A stretch of 64,000 nt of DNA from Felis catus. Its lineage: Eukaryota. The position numbers and the translations under genes are program-made. The notes under the pieces are model-generated. The model was not told the DNA's origin. It worked only from the letters and a program-made list of their open reading frames with translations, and ran no database searches. Location: positions 9,922,001 to 9,986,000 of the forward strand of contig NC_058383.1 of the NCBI RefSeq assembly GCF_018350175.1. Reading direction: 5' to 3'. This document shows positions 49,581 to 63,780 of this stretch, piece by piece. Position 1 is the first letter of the stretch, and each line of letters starts with the position of its first letter.

Positions 49581-52500
49581 GGGGCGCCTGGGTGGTTCAG
49601 TCGGTTAAGCGTCCAATCTCGGCTCAGGTCGTGATCTCATGGTTTGGGAGTTCAAGCCCCATGTCAGGCTCTGTGCTGACAGCTAGAAGCCTGGAGCCTA
49701 TTTCAGGTTCTGTGTCTCCCTCTGTCCCTTCCCTGCTCACACTCTCTCTCTTTCTCTCAAAAATAAATTAAAACATTTAAAAAATTTTTAATAAAAATTA
49801 AAATTTAAAAAAGAAGGAAAATAATACCAGAAGGAAACCTGGAACATCGGGCTTGACAAAAAAGCAATAGAAATGATAGATGTCTGGGCAAATACAACAG
49901 ACTATTCTAAGTTTCAAAAACTATGTCTGACAGTTGAAAGGAAAAAGCTATAACATTGTTTGGTGGGATTTTCAGCGTAGGTCCACGTAGGATATGACCA
50001 CCACAATGTAAAGGGGAAGAGGAAAGGAACCTATATTATGGTAAGGTTTCTATATCCCATGTGAAGTAGTAAAACATTGATTCTAAATAGACTGGAAAAG
50101 TTAAGTCTGTATGCTCCCTAGAGACACCACTAAAAAACTATACAAAAAGATACAGTCAGAAACACAATAGATAAAACAAAATACTAACAAGCATGCAAAC
50201 AACCCAAAAGACAGGAAAGGGGAAATAGAGAAACATACAAGGGAAAAACGGAAAATTGATAAAATGGTATATCTACATCCACACAGGTAGATAATAATCC
50301 TAAATGTAGATAAACACACCAACTAAAAGAAAGAGATTGTCAGAAAGGATGGAAGGAGAAACGAAACAAGACCTAACAATATGCTGCCTACGAGAAACTT
50401 ACTTCAAATGTAATGATACACATAGGCTGAAAGTAGAGGAATGGAAAAAGAAAACATTCAAAAGAAAGCTGCAGTGGCTATATTAAGATCAGGCTAAGTA
50501 GACTTCTGAGCAAAGAAATTTACAAGGGACAAGTTCAATTTACCAAGGACACCTAGCAATCTTAAACGTGTACGCACCCAAAAACAGCTTGGAATACATG
50601 GAACAAAGGCTGGCAGAAACGAAAGGAGAAATAGACAAATTCGCAATTACGGAGACTATAGCACTTTTCTCTCAGCTGAGTGGTAATAGTCCTGGAAGAC
50701 AGAAAACTAGAAAGGCCATTGAAGAAAGAACAAGACCATCAGTCAACTGGATCTAACATTTATAAAACACTCTATACAACAGCATCAGAATACACCTTCT
50801 TTTCAAGTGCCCATGGAACATTCACCAGGATAGCCTGTATTCAGTGTCCTAAAACTAACCTTTACAAAGTTAAAGAAGTGAAACTATACAAAATGTGACT
50901 ATAGTGCCCTGAAACTAGGCATCCACAACAATAACACAAAAAAATATTCAAACACCTGAAAATGAGACAACATACTTCTAAATAATCCATGAGACTGAAT
51001 ACCCCTTATTCATTGTACGTGGCCCGTATTACCTTGATATCAAAGCCAGACAAAAACATACAACAACGGAAAACTGGAAACCAATAGCCTTTATGAATAT
51101 AGGTGAGAAAAAAAAATCTCAACAAAATACCAGCAAACTGAACTCAACGGCATATAAAAAAGATTATATACCATAACCAAGTGGGATTTATCCCAGAAAT
51201 ACAACAGTAGTTCAACAAACAGAAATCAGTCAAAATTAACTCAAATTGTATCAAAATGTAAGAGCTAAAACGATAAAATTCCTATAAGAAAACATAGTAA
51301 ATCTTCATGACCTTGAATTTGGCAATGGTTTCTTAGAAATGACATTAAAAGTGGGGCGCCTGGTTGGCTCAGTCGGTTAAGCTTCCGACTTCGGCTCAGG
51401 TCATGATCTCGCGGTCTGTGAGTTCGAGCCCCGCGTCGGGCTCTGTGCTGACAGCTCAGAGCCTGGATCCTGTTTCGGATTCTGTGTCTCCCTCTCTCTC
51501 TGACCCTCCCCCATTCATGCTCTGTCTCTCTCTGTCTCAAAAATAAATAAGTGTTAAAATTTTTTTTAAAAAAGACATTAAAAGCATGAGCAACAGAAGA
51601 AAAAAATAGATAAATTGGACTTTGTCAAACTCAAAAAAAAATATGCTTCAAAGGATACTACCAAGAAAGTGAAAAGATAACAAAACAGGAGAAAATATTT
51701 GTAAATTGTATCTCTGATAAAGAACTGGTATCCAGAATATATAAAGAACTCTAAAAACTCAACAATAACAAGACCAACAACCCAATTTAAAAATGGGTAA
51801 AAGACCTAAATCACATTTCTCCAAAGCACATGAAAAGGTGCCCAATATCATTAGGCATTAGGGAAATACAAATCAAAACCCAGTGAGAAACCACTTCGTA
51901 CCTACTGGAATGGCTATATTTTTTTTAAAAAAGGAAAAAAACGTTTGCAAGGATGTGAAGAAATATGGACAACACATTCATGGTTGGTGGGAATATAAGA
52001 TGGACAGCCTCTGTGGCAACAGTTAACCATATTTTTTAAAAAAATTTTTTTTTCAACGTTTATTTATTTTTGGGACAGAGAGAGACAGAGCATGAACGGG
52101 GGAGGGGCAGAGAGAGAGGGAAACACAGAATCTGAAACAGGCTCCAGGATCTGAGCCATCAGCCCAGAGCCTGACGTGGGGCTCGAACTCACGGACCGCG
52201 AGATCGTGACCTGGCTGAAGTCGGACGCTTAACCGACTGCGCCACCCAGGCGCCCCAACAGTTAACCATATTGTTACCATAGGACCCAGCGATTCCACCA
52301 AGAGAACTGAAAACATATGTTCACACAAAAATATCTGCATGAATATTCATAGCAACAGTGTTCACAGCAGCCAAAAGTTGGAGGTAAAACTGATGCCTGA
52401 AGAAATCAAAAGTCCAAACCGACCTCTAATTAAATAGATGGAACTGGTAGTTTGACATCTTCAAAAATGAAATACTCGGACGCCTGGGTGGCTCAGTCAG

Positions 52501-53480
52501 TTAAGCGTCCGACTTCAGCTCAGGTCATGATCTCACAGTTCGTGGGTTTGAGACCTGCGTGGGGCTCTGTGCTGACAGCTCCGAGCCTGGAGCCTGCTTT
52601 GGACACTGTGTCCCCCTCTCTCTCTGCCCCTCCCCTCCTCATACTCTGTCTCTCTCAAAAATAAACATTAAAAAAATTTTTTTAAAAAGATTCTCTTCCT
52701 CTCCCTCTGCTCCTCCCTTGCTATAAATACGTACGTACATACATACATACAAACACTAGGTTTAGGTGGCTTTTTAGGTGAGTTTTTCCAGATATTCAAG
52801 GAACATAAAATATAAATCATGAACAAAATATTCCAAGGAAGAAAAAAGGAGAGAAGGTTTTACTGACTCATTTTATAAGGCTGATAACAGTATCAACCCA
52901 AACACCCAACAAAAACAGTAGGAAAAAAAGGAAATTATAAATCATTCTCTTCTAATAGCAATGAATATGTCACAAATGCAAAAATTCTGAGTAAACTTAG
53001 CAAATTAAATGTAGCAGTAAAAAAATTAGGACATTATGACCAACTTGCAAATTATACCAGGTATACAAATAATGTTCAGTATTATTAGGAAATATATTAA
53101 TGCAATTCACTGTATTACCAGTTAAAGGAGAAAAGCCATGGGGCGCCTGGGTGGCTCAGTCGGTCAAGCGTCCGACTTCCGACTTCCGCTCAGGTCATGA
53201 TCTGGCGATTTGTGAGTTCGAGCCCCAAGTCGGGCTCTGTGCTGACTGCTCGGAGCCTGGAGCCTGTTTCAGATTCTGTGTCTGCCCCTCTCTCTACCCC
53301 TCCCCGGCTCACCCTCTGTGTCTCTCTGTCTCTCAAATAATAAATAAATGTTTAAAAAAAAAGAAAAGAAAAGAAAAGCCAGATGATCTTCTCAATAAAT
53401 GCAGAGAAAACAATTGAAAAAAATAGCATTCGTTTATGTTAAAAATAAAAACTCTCAGTAAACTACAAACACAGGGGCAT
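49581..53480 (+). mobile_element. Degraded sense L1 (endonuclease-region and ORF2 fragments) with SINEs at ~49581, 51353, 52034(-), 52478 and 53140
   Basis: A-rich; peptides YAPKNSLEYMEQRL and EYTFFSSAHGTFTRI match L1 ORF2 endonuclease motifs; many stops and deletions. Confidence 0.85.
52034..52256 (-). mobile_element. Young feline SINEC_Fc-type SINE
   Basis: Perfect TSD aacagttaaccatatt. Confidence 0.9.
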
Positions 53481-53489
53481 TTCCTTAAT

Positions 53490-56400
53490 CTGAGACTGCT
53501 GTGCACACACCCCTACATGTTCTTCCCTCCTTTTTTGCCAATAGCATTTTTAGCTGGGCATCTGCACCGCCAGCAGAAGGGTTAACCTTCCCAGCTTCCC
53601 TTGCTGTGGACTCTGTTGCAGTGGGGTCTAAGGGCCGATTTCTGGGAGCCTTACTTACCAGACAGCTACTGTGCACCCTTCGCCTCTGTTTCATCTTTTC
53701 CTTCATCCTGGGTAGAACTCAGAGGCCACCTTGGACCATGAGGACCAGAAAGACTGTGGAGCAGTGAGCAGAAAGTAGCTCGAGTCTCTGAGGGCTTCTT
53801 GTAAACGAGATGTCATACCAGCCTCTGGTTGCCGACACCTGAACTGTTTTATCAAAGAGAGATAAGTGAGGCGCCTGGAGGGCTCAGTCGGTTAAGCATC
53901 TGACGCTGGATTTCGGCTCAGGTCGTGATCTCATGGTTCATGGGTTCAAGCCCCGCATCGGGCTCTGTGCTGACAGCGCGGAGCCTGCTTGGGATTCTGT
54001 CTCCCTCTCTCTCTGCCCCACCCCCATCCACTCCCTATTTCTCCCTCAAAATAAATAAATAAACTTAAAAAAAAAAGAGAGAAATAACTTTATCTTAAGT
54101 CACCGTTATTTGGGAATTTTCTGTTACGGCTGAAATTAATCTTAAATGGGCAATACTGATAAAGGATGTCTACCAAAAGCCTAAATGAGAGGTGCCTGGC
54201 TGGCTCATTCAGAGGAGCAGGTGACACTTTTCTCCGGGTTGTGAGTTTGAGCCCCATGTTGGCTGTAGAGATTACTTAAAAATAAAATCTTAAACAAACA
54301 CACACCCAAAAAAACGGGTGTCTGGGTGGCTCTGACACCAGTTGGGCATCTGACGCTTGATTTGGGCTCAGGTCAAGATCTCACAGCTGGGGGGCTCCAG
54401 TCTGGAGTCCAGCTCTGTGCTCACAGTGTGGAGCCTGCTTGGAATTCTCTCTCTCCCTCTGTCTCTCTGCCCTTCCTCCCCTTGTGCACGCACGCTCGTG
54501 CTCTCTCTCAAAATAAACTTAAACACACACACACACACACACGCACGCACGCACACACACAAGCCTCAATCAGTTGTCGTACTTAATAGTGGAATATTAA
54601 AAACGCTCCCTTAAAATCAGCAATTCTGTTTCAATTCAGGATTGTCCTGAAATTCCTGGTCAATACAGTAAGATCAGGAAATAAATACGACACTCTTCAA
54701 AGTGAAGGGGAGTCGCATGGTTTCCCCACCTTATCACCCAACAATTCCAGTTCCATTAAGTATCCAGACTCTTGCACATATTCATAAGGAGACATGTACA
54801 GGAATGTTCATGACATCATTGCTTTCGGCGAAACTGTGGGGTCAGCCTAAGCACCCATCAGTAAGTCAGTGGTCAAAGAAATCAAGTTATTTTCCCCATG
54901 TAATCAAATTTTATGTAACAGCCAAAATAACAACCAAAGCTACATGTACCACGTGGATAGATGCAAGATACGCTGTTGATTTTCTAGGCCGTATCTTTCT
55001 CTGTTGGAAATATGTACTGCAATTTTTACAGATGAAATTTCATGGCGTCTGTTTTGCCTTAAAATAAGTCAGAAGAGGGGCTTCTGGGTGGCTCAGCCAG
55101 TTAAGCAGCTGACTCTTGATTTTAGCTCAGGCCACTGTCTCACTCTTCGTGAGTTTGAACCCTGAGTCAGGCTCTGTGCTGACAGCACATAGCCTGCTTG
55201 GGATTCTCTCTCTCTCTCTCTCTCTCTCCCCCAGCCCCACTAGTGCTTGCTTGCTTTCTCTCACTCTCTCTCAAAATAAAAAAGAAATAAACTTTAAAAT
55301 AAACTTTAAAAAAAATGATTTAAAATAAGTCAGAAGAGTGAGAGGAAGTAGGTAGGGGGGGTAAACAAAGCACATGTAGCCATAACTGATTGTTGCTGAA
55401 GTTGGTATATGGATACACAGGGGTTCATTATATTATTCTCTGCTTTTGTATACATTAGGGAAAATAGTGTGAAAAGAAGGCATTGAGAACAACAAACTCA
55501 AAATGACAGTATTTTTACATAGTTTAACTTTTTTTTTTTTTTTTTTTTAGAGAGAGAGAGTGAGCGGGAAAGGGGCAGAGGGAGAGAGAGGGAATCCCAA
55601 GCAGGCTTCCCCCTGAGCTCAGAACCCCACACGGGGCTCAATCCCACGACCCTGGGATCATGACCTGAGCTGAAACCAAGAGTTAGATTCCCAATTAACT
55701 GAGCCAGCCAGGCGCCCCTGCATAGTTTAAAAGCGCGCAAAACATTACTGTATATTGTGCAGTGATTACATATATAAGGTTTTAATGTATATATTTTTAT
55801 GTATGGTTTTAAAATACATATACGGTTTTTAAAAACATTCATAAGAGTGATAAACACTAAATCCAGGAAGATAGAGGAATTAGGATGGGGAAGAGTTGCG
55901 TAGGAAACTTCAACTGGTTTTGTGATATTTAAAAATTTTTGTTAATATTTATTTATTTTTGAGAGAGAGAGAGAGAGAGAGAGGGCTCGAGAGGGGAAGG
56001 GCCAGAGAGAGAGGGAGACGCGGAATCTGAAGCGGTTTTGTGATATTTTATTTCTTAAAAGAAAATCCGAAGCAAATAATGCAAAATGTGCAGATTTGAC
56101 AAAGCTGGATTGTATTAGCTGTTGGTTATATAATTTCTGAACTTTTTTTTCTGAATGCTTGACACATTTACTTTTAAAAACATTTTTAGCTGTTTACAGA
56201 AGAACAACATGCCTACTCAAATGGCTTTTAAAGTTCATTTATTTTCAGAGAGAAAGAGAGAGCATAAGCAGGGGAGGGGCAGAGAGAGACGGAGAGAGAG
56301 AATCTCAAACAGGCTCCGCACTGTCAGTGCAGAGCCCGACATGGGGCTTGAACCCACAAACCACAAGATCATGACCTGAGCCGAAATCAAGAGTCAAGCG

Positions 56401-56705
56401 CTTAACCGACTAAGCCACCCACGCAACCTTCAAATGAATTTTAAACCAAATGCTTACACATTTGCAATCACCAAAGCAAAATTTATGACTAAACTGAATT
56501 TAATAAATGATTGCTATTGTTAAAAAGTAAATGGGGCGCCTGGGTGGCTCAGTTGGTTAAGCGTCCAACTTCGGCTCAGGTCATGATCTCACGGTTCATG
56601 GGTTTGAGCCCCACATCAGGCTCTGTGCTGACAGCTCAGAGCCTGGAGCCTCCTTCCAATTCCGTGTCTTCTCTTTGCCCCTCCCCCGCTCGTGCTCTGT
56701 CTGTG

Positions 56706-56737
<32 letters not shown>

Positions 56738-56760
56738 AAAAATAAAATAAATGTTAAAAA
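53490..56760. mobile_element. Repeat mosaic: MLT1-like LTR, L1 3' pieces and about eight SINEs
   Basis: SINE bodies at ~53870, 54190, 54316, 55077, 55528, 55931, 56228 and 56533; the 55931-56033 copy is 5'-truncated with TSD ggttttgtgatattt. Confidence 0.7.
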
Positions 56761-57265
56761 AATTAAAAAGTAAATGAATTTGACACTATAATTATACTAA
56801 TAAAATATCATTTCTATCTGTTCTGTATACTGAGAATCTCATACAAAAAAAAAAAAAAACTTTAAAAATCTTATTAGGAATTGCATCATAAAACAACTTT
56901 GTCCAGATAGAGTTCACAAAACATACGATTTAAAGTGTACAATTCAGTATTTTTTAGTACATTAACAGATAATGTACAATCATCACCACAGTCAACTTTA
57001 GAACTTTTCAACACCTCCAAAACAATTATAACCGTGTAACGTCTCCCATCTCTCCCAGACTTATGCCAAAACTAGTCTACTTGGTGTTTTCTAAAGATGT
57101 ATCTATATTGAACATTTCATATAAATAGTATCATATAATATGTGGCCTTCTGTGACTGGATTCTTTCATTAAGCAAAATGTTTTCAATGTCCATCCATGT
57201 TATAGCATATATGAGTACTTCTTGCCTTTTTATCTCCTTGGCTTTTTTAAAAAAAAATTAATGTT

Positions 57266-57699
57266 GGGGCGCCTGGGTGGCGCAGTCGGTTAAGCGGCCG
57301 ACTTCAGCCAGGTCACGATCTCGCGGTCCGTGAGTTCGAGCCCCGCGTCAGGCTCTGGGCTGATGGCTCAGAGCCTGGAGCCTGTTTCCGATTCTGTGTC
57401 TCCCTCTCTCTCTGCCCCTCCCCCGTTCATGCTCTGTCTCTCTCTGTCCCAAAAATAAATAAACGTTGAAAAAAAAAAAAATTAAAAAAAAAAAAAAATT
57501 AATGTTTATTTATTATTGAGAGACAGAGACAGCGCGTGAGCAGGGGAGGGGCAGAGAAAGAAGGAGACAGAATCTGAAGCAGGCTCCAGGCTCCAAGCTG
57601 TCAGCACAGAGCCTGATGCGGGGCTCGAACTCACAAACCATGAGATCGTGACCTGAGCCAAAGTGGGACACTTAACTGACTGAGCCACCCAGGTGCCCC
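57266..57699. mobile_element. Young forward SINEC_Fc-type copy inserted in the tail of an older reverse SINE
   Basis: TSD aaaaaaaattaatgtt; reverse copy at 57507-57699. Confidence 0.9.
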
Positions 57700-59462
57700 A
57701 TCCTTTTTATCTCCTTGTATGGAACCACCAAATATTGTTTATCCACCCATCAGTTGATGAACATTTGGTTTGTTTCCATCTTTTGGCTACTATGAATAAT
57801 TCTGCTATAAATATTCATATACAAGTAGTTCTGTGGATGTATGTTTTCATTTGTCTTGGATGTATATCTAGTAGTAGAATTGCCAAATCATATGGTAACT
57901 GAATGTTAAACTGTTTAAAGAATTGCCAGGTGGTTTCCTCAAAGCAACTGTATCATTTTATATTCCCACCACCTGTGCATGAAGGTTCTGATTTCTCCAC
58001 ATCCTCACCAACACTTGTTATTATCTGACTGTTTGATTATAGTCATCCTAAGGGTATGAAGTGGTATCTTGTGGATTTCATTTGCATTTCCCTAATGCCT
58101 AATGATGTTGGACATGTTTTCATGTGCTTTTTGGCCATTCGTATATCTTCTTGAGAGAAAGGTTTATTCAGATCCTTTGTTCATTTTTAAATTGGGTTGT
58201 TTGTCTTTTTATTGTTGAGTTGCAAGTGTTCTTTATACAGTATAGATACAACTCCCTTTTCAGATACATGATTTGCAAAAATTTCTAACATTCTGTTAAT
58301 TTCCTTTCACTTCCTTGATAGTGACTTCTGAGGCACAATTTTTTTTTTTTTAAGTTTGACAAAGTCTAATTTTCTATATTCTTACTCTGTTGCTCATGCT
58401 TTTGGTAACATATCCAAGAAACGTGCCTGGTCAAGGTCATGAAGATGCATCCCTATGTTTTCTTCTAAGAGGTTTATAGTTTTGGCTCTCATATCTTTGA
58501 TCAATTTTGAGTTGATTTTTTTATATGGTGTGAGACCAGGAGCCAACTTCACTTTGCATGTGGCTCTCCAGTTGTCCCAGGAACCCTTTGTTGAAGAGAC
58601 CATTCTTTCCCTATTGGATAGTCTTGGCACCTTTGTAAAAAAAATCAGTGACCATAGACACATGGGTTTTTTCCTAGACTCTCAATTCTATTTTACTGAT
58701 TTATATATCTATCCTTATGTTAGTACCACCCTGTCTTGACTACTTTGCTTTGTAGTAAATCTTGTAAACAGGAAGTTTGAGTTCCCCAACCTTTTTAAAA
58801 AATTTTTTGAAGATTGTTTTGGCTATTCTGGGTGCCTTGTATTTCCACATAATTTTAGGATCAGCCTGCTCATTTCTGGTAGGGAAAAAAAGCAGTCATA
58901 ATTTTTATGGGAGTTGCACTGAATCTTTAGGCTAATTTAATAATAAGCCTTCCAATCTATGACTTAACAATATTGTTCTGGATCTCTTAACTTGTTCCTG
59001 TGGATTCACATTACTGTCTCATTTCCTTAGCTTTGCTTCCACTCGTCTCTTCTGTGCTGTTGTTAGCCAAAAAAACAAGTCAAAACAACAACAAAAACCC
59101 ATTACATTTCTATATGTTATAGGCTCAACAATACATTATATGCATGTTGTTTTATGCTATTGCTTTTTAAATCAGTTTAGAGAAATAAGAAGCAATGTGC
59201 ATTTATATTGCCTTTTAGAGTTACATAATTACCTGTGGCTATTTTTTTTCCCCTTCTGTGAATCCTGTCACTTGTTTTGGGATCACTTGATCTCAGCCTG
59301 AAGAACTTCTTTTAGTACTTCTTATAAGGCAGTCTGGTTGCAACAAATTACCTCAGTTTTTGTTTATTTGGGAATGTCTTCATTTTTTCTTGATTTTCGA
59401 AAGATAGCTTTGCTGAATATAAGCTTCTTGGTTGACAGGTTTTTTTTTTCTTTGAGAATTTT

Positions 59463-59670
59463 TTTTTTAAAGTTTACTTATTTTTGGGACAGAGAGAGAC
59501 AGAGCATGAACGGGGGAGGGGCAGAGAGAGAGGGAGACACAGAATCGGAAACAGGCTCCAGGCTCTGAGCCATCAGCCCAGAGCCCGACGCGGGGCTCGA
59601 ACTCACGGACTGCGAGATCGTGACCTGGCTGAAGTCGGACGCTCAACCGACTGCGCCACCCAGGCGCCCC
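59463..59670 (-). mobile_element. Young feline SINEC_Fc-type SINE
   Basis: TSD gagaatttt; intact CpGs. Confidence 0.9.
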
Positions 59671-62273
59671 GAGAATTTTAAATATGTTACCCCAGCACCT
59701 TCTGGCCCCATCGTGTCTAATGAGAAATAATCTATCTTAGTGATGTTCCCTTGTAAGTGACCAGCTGTTTTCCTCTTGCTGTTTTCAAGACTTTCTCTTG
59801 TCTTTGGCTTTCGGCATTTACACTATGATGTGTCAGTGTGTGGGTCTGTTTGTGTTTATACTATTTGGAATTTGTTGAGGTCCCTGGATGTGTAGATTAA
59901 TGTTTTTTCAATTAGTTTGGGAATTTCTCAGCCGTTATTTCTTTGAATATTTGTTCTGCTCATTTCTTCTAGTGAATTTTTCACTTTAATGACTGTAATT
60001 TTTAACTCGAGAATATCCATTTGATTTCTTGTATAATTTCCATCTCTTTATTGATATTCTCAATTTGCTGCAACTTAATCATCACATCTCCTTTTACTTC
60101 TCTTGTCGTAGTTTCCCTTAGTTTTTTTGAATATGTTTATAATGGCTACTTTGGGGCGCCTGGGTGGCTCAGTCAGTTGAGCATCCGACTCTTGATTTCA
60201 GCTCAGGTCACGATCCCAGGATCATGGGATCAAGCCTCATGCCGGGCTCTGCACTGAGTGTGGAGCCTGCTTAAGATTCTGTCTCTCGGGGCGCCTGGGT
60301 GGCTCAGTCTGTAAAGCGTCCGACTTCGGCTCTGGTCATGATCTCGCGGTCTGTGAGTTCGAGCCCCACGTCGGGCTCTGTGTGGACAGCTCAGAGCTCA
60401 GAGCCTGGAGCCTGTTTCGGATTCTGTGTCTCCCTCTCTGTCTGCCCCTCCCCCACTTGCACTCTGTCTCTGTCTCTCGAAAATGAATAAACGTTAAAAA
60501 TTAAAAAAAAAAAAAAGATTCTGTCTCTCTCTCCCTTTGCTCCTCCCCTGCTTGTGCTCTCTCTCTCTCTCAAATAAAAAATAAATAAAAATCAAAAAGT
60601 AAGAATTTATAAAATGGCTACTTTGAGGGGTTTTAGATCCAATACCTGGTCACTCTCATAGGCTGTTTCTGTTACCTGATTTTTTTCCTGGTATGTGAGT
60701 CATACTTTTCTGTGTCTTTTTTTTTTAAGTATGTATTTATTTTGAGAGAGAGAGAGGGAGAGGGGGAGAGAGAATCCCAAGCAGGCTCCATGCTGTCAGC
60801 ACAGAGCTGACACGGGGTTCAGTCTCATGAACCGTGAGATCATGACCTGAGCCAATATCAAGGGTCACACTGAACCACTCAGGTGCCCTAACTTTTCTGT
60901 TTCTTTGAATGTCTCATATTTTTTTTTGTTGTTGTTGCAACCTGGATAATTGTAGGTTATAGACATTCGATTTCAGATAATATACTGTAGGGACTCAGTG
61001 TGGTCCCCCCTCCCCTGGGTCCCGTTATTGTTATTTGCTTGTTTATATATGTAATGACTGAGGGGCGCCTGGGTGGCTCAGTCGGTTGAGTGACCGACTT
61101 CGGCTCAGGTCATGATCTTGCAGTTCGTGAGTTCGAGCCCCGCGTCGGGCTCGGGCTCGGAGCCTGGAGCCCGCTTCGGATTCTGTGTCTCCCTCTCTCT
61201 CTACCCCTCCCCTGCTCACGCTCTGTGTCTCTCTGTCTCTCAATAATAAACGTTAAAAAAAAATTATATATATAGTGGCTGAAAGGATTATTTATCCCAC
61301 CCTCTCTCCTTCTCCGTGTGTAGCCTCTGATGTTGCTTCCGAGGAGGCCTAACCATAGGCGTGCCCACAGTTACGCCAGAACGGCCGTGGTCTCAGCAGA
61401 CTTCTCCTTGACTGTCTCTTCCTCTGATTCCACCCGTACATTAAGCTCCACTAATCGCTGTAATTATACAATATTATTTTCAACAATGTGCTATGGCATA
61501 AATTGGTCTCACGCTGATCCAATCAAATTTGAGCTCATTGGATAGTTCCCGAGGTCAGTGTTTGAGATTTGTTCTGACCCCAGGAGAGCTCTTTCTGGTC
61601 GTCTCTCTCCCTGATCCTCTCTGCCTACAGTTTAGTCTGTATCTCTAATGAATTTGCTCACTTCCTTCCAACGGCGTTGTACCGCAGCCCCCACTGTTTT
61701 TGAGAGCACTGCTGGGCCCCAGCTTCTTCACGCTCTGTTGTAAATAAGTCCGTTCCTTTGGGAAGAGATCTGGAGCCGTCTGTCCCACAGTCTGCCTCTT
61801 CCTGTAGGTGCAGTCTCTGTGCCGTGACTCTCTGGAGACAGGACAAGGGTATGCTTCCCTCTGAGAGACAAGTCTGCCTCAGGGGCCCAGGGCTCAGTAG
61901 AGGGGAAAGGCAGCAGCCTCGGGTCTTCCTGGTTGTCCTCTCCCGCGATGGAACCTCTGCCTCACAAGCCAAGGCAAGGGGATCGGGGCCTAAGATTCTC
62001 CATGGTCTCATGCTCACGGCAGAGTGGGGTCTGGGCAGAAGGGATTCCAGAGCTGAAAAGTGCTGCTGTCCTGCCCCTTCGGGGAGAACAGCCCTCTTGA
62101 CTGGGAGCTGGAGGGAAAAGGACTTCTCCGTTCTGGGCCGCCCCAGTCTGGAGTGGAATTATCATCTTGAGGAGCTAGAGGTGGGGCTGGGGGAGTCTTG
62201 GTTCAAATCCCACAGACCCTCACTGTTCCTACCAACCCTCGGTAGATTTGAATAAACGTTTCTTCTTCGTTTA

Positions 62274-62337
62274 TTTTGTTTTGTTTTGTTTTGTTTTGTT
62301 TTGTTTTGTTTTGCTTTGTTTTGTTTTGTTTTGTTTG
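62274..62337. repeat. (TTTTG)n pentanucleotide repeat in a SINE tail
   Basis: Seen directly; belongs to the reverse SINE ending ~62511. Confidence 0.9.
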
Positions 62338-62682
62338 AGAGAGGGGAGGTGCAAGTGAGTGAGGGGCAAAGACACAAAGAGAGAGGGAGAGAGAGAAGAG
62401 AGGCTTACCCAAAGCAGGGCTCAAGCTCACCTGATGAGGGACTCATGAACCGTGAGATCGTGACCTGAGTCGAAGTCAGATGCTTAACACCTGAGCCCCC
62501 CCGGGCGCCCCATTTCTTCATTTGTTGTATGCCTTTAAGACCATTTCCAAAGGGTGCCTGAGTGCTGTGATGAGCACAGTCCCCCTCCCACCCCTGGCCG
62601 ACAAGCAGCGTGAGGGAGAAATATTCCTTTGCTGTTTTAAGTCACTGCGAGTAGAGTTTTTGTTGCCACAGCAAATCTAGCT

Positions 62683-63070
62683 TAGTGGTTCTCACGCTGG
62701 AGCGCACATTGGAATTACCCAGAAGGCTTATTAAAATACAGAGTCCCGGGGCTCCTGGGCGGCTCAGTCAGTTGAGCAGTCTGACTCTTGGTTTCGGCCC
62801 AGGTCATGATCTCCCAGGTTTCGTGAGACTGAGCCCTGCCTAGGGCTCCGCGCTGACTGTGCAGGGCCTGCTTGGGATTCTCTCCCTCTCCCTGACTCTG
62901 CCCCTCCCCGACTCGAGCTCTCTTTCTCTCAAAACAAAACAGAACTTTAACATACGGAGCAGCTCTCCTCCTGAGTTTCTGATTCAGCAGCTCTGGGGTG
63001 GCGACAGAGAATTCCCATTTCTAGTTCCCACGGAAAAGTGATCCGGCCATCCCACTTTGAGAGCCACTGC
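62683..63070. mobile_element. MER5A-like element split by a SINE (~62747-62940)
   Basis: agtggttctca...aaaatacaga [SINE] ...gagtttctgattcag...cactttgagagccactg. Confidence 0.7.
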
Positions 63071-63389
63071 TGCACTGAAACGCAGGGGTAAATAACAGTC
63101 CGGTAGCCCTGACCTCACTCGAGAGTTGTAGTAATCATGGCGTTAACATCCGCAAGTCATTTAGACTGTGGCACACTGGTAGCCTCAGTGCTACTGTTAA
63201 TATGTCCCAAGGTTTTCTTAATATATTCTCAGGTGGTTCGATTTTAATACTATTTGGCCTTTTACTCCAATAACCCCGATGACTAGACTTCCCAGGATTT
63301 TCAGTTGTCTCTTTTTCTTCCTTCCGGATCCACATAGAGCTCCCGCCAATTTGCCAGGAAAGAGAGCCAGCCATCCAGGCAGGATTGTT

Positions 63390-63780
63390 AACTAGACCGC
63401 ATCACCTTACCTGCTTTCCCCTGGGCGGGGGGGGGGGGGGGAGCCGCTCCCCCAGTGCGCGGGGGAGGGGGGAGAGGGGGTCAGCCCTCTCCTCCCCCCG
63501 CACAAAGGGGCATGGGCTGTGTGACTGCGGTTCCCCTCGGTTCCCCTCAGGACTGGGCTTTGGGGAGGGGGCGGGTCTCCTTTTTTGGCAAAGCCGGTGC
63601 AAGGCCCCAAAACGGTGTTATCGGAGTAGTGCTGAGATTTCTTCCTGGCGGACAGATTGTGTAGAAGGAAAGACAGGCACCAAGCCGAGTCGGGGAGAAG
63701 GGGGGGTACCTGGCTTCGGCCGCTGCCTCCGTCTCCGTGCCTGAGGAATCGAGGAACCGAGGTTTGCTGCCCTTCAGGAG
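63390..63780. promoter_or_regulatory. Small CpG/G-rich island
   Basis: CpG-enriched with long G runs at 63423-63480. Confidence 0.45.

Larger units (their letters stand above)
56890..62260 (-). mobile_element. Long antisense L1 remnant with many SINE insertions
   Basis: Antisense L1 3'UTR/ORF2 motifs; ORF 58394-58663 resembles ORF2 (LTPYKKINSKLIKDM...LLEENIG). Confidence 0.8.

Noticed and set aside
50568..50898. Endonuclease-like ORF fragments
   Set aside because: Frameshifted remnants of L1 ORF2; no intact element.
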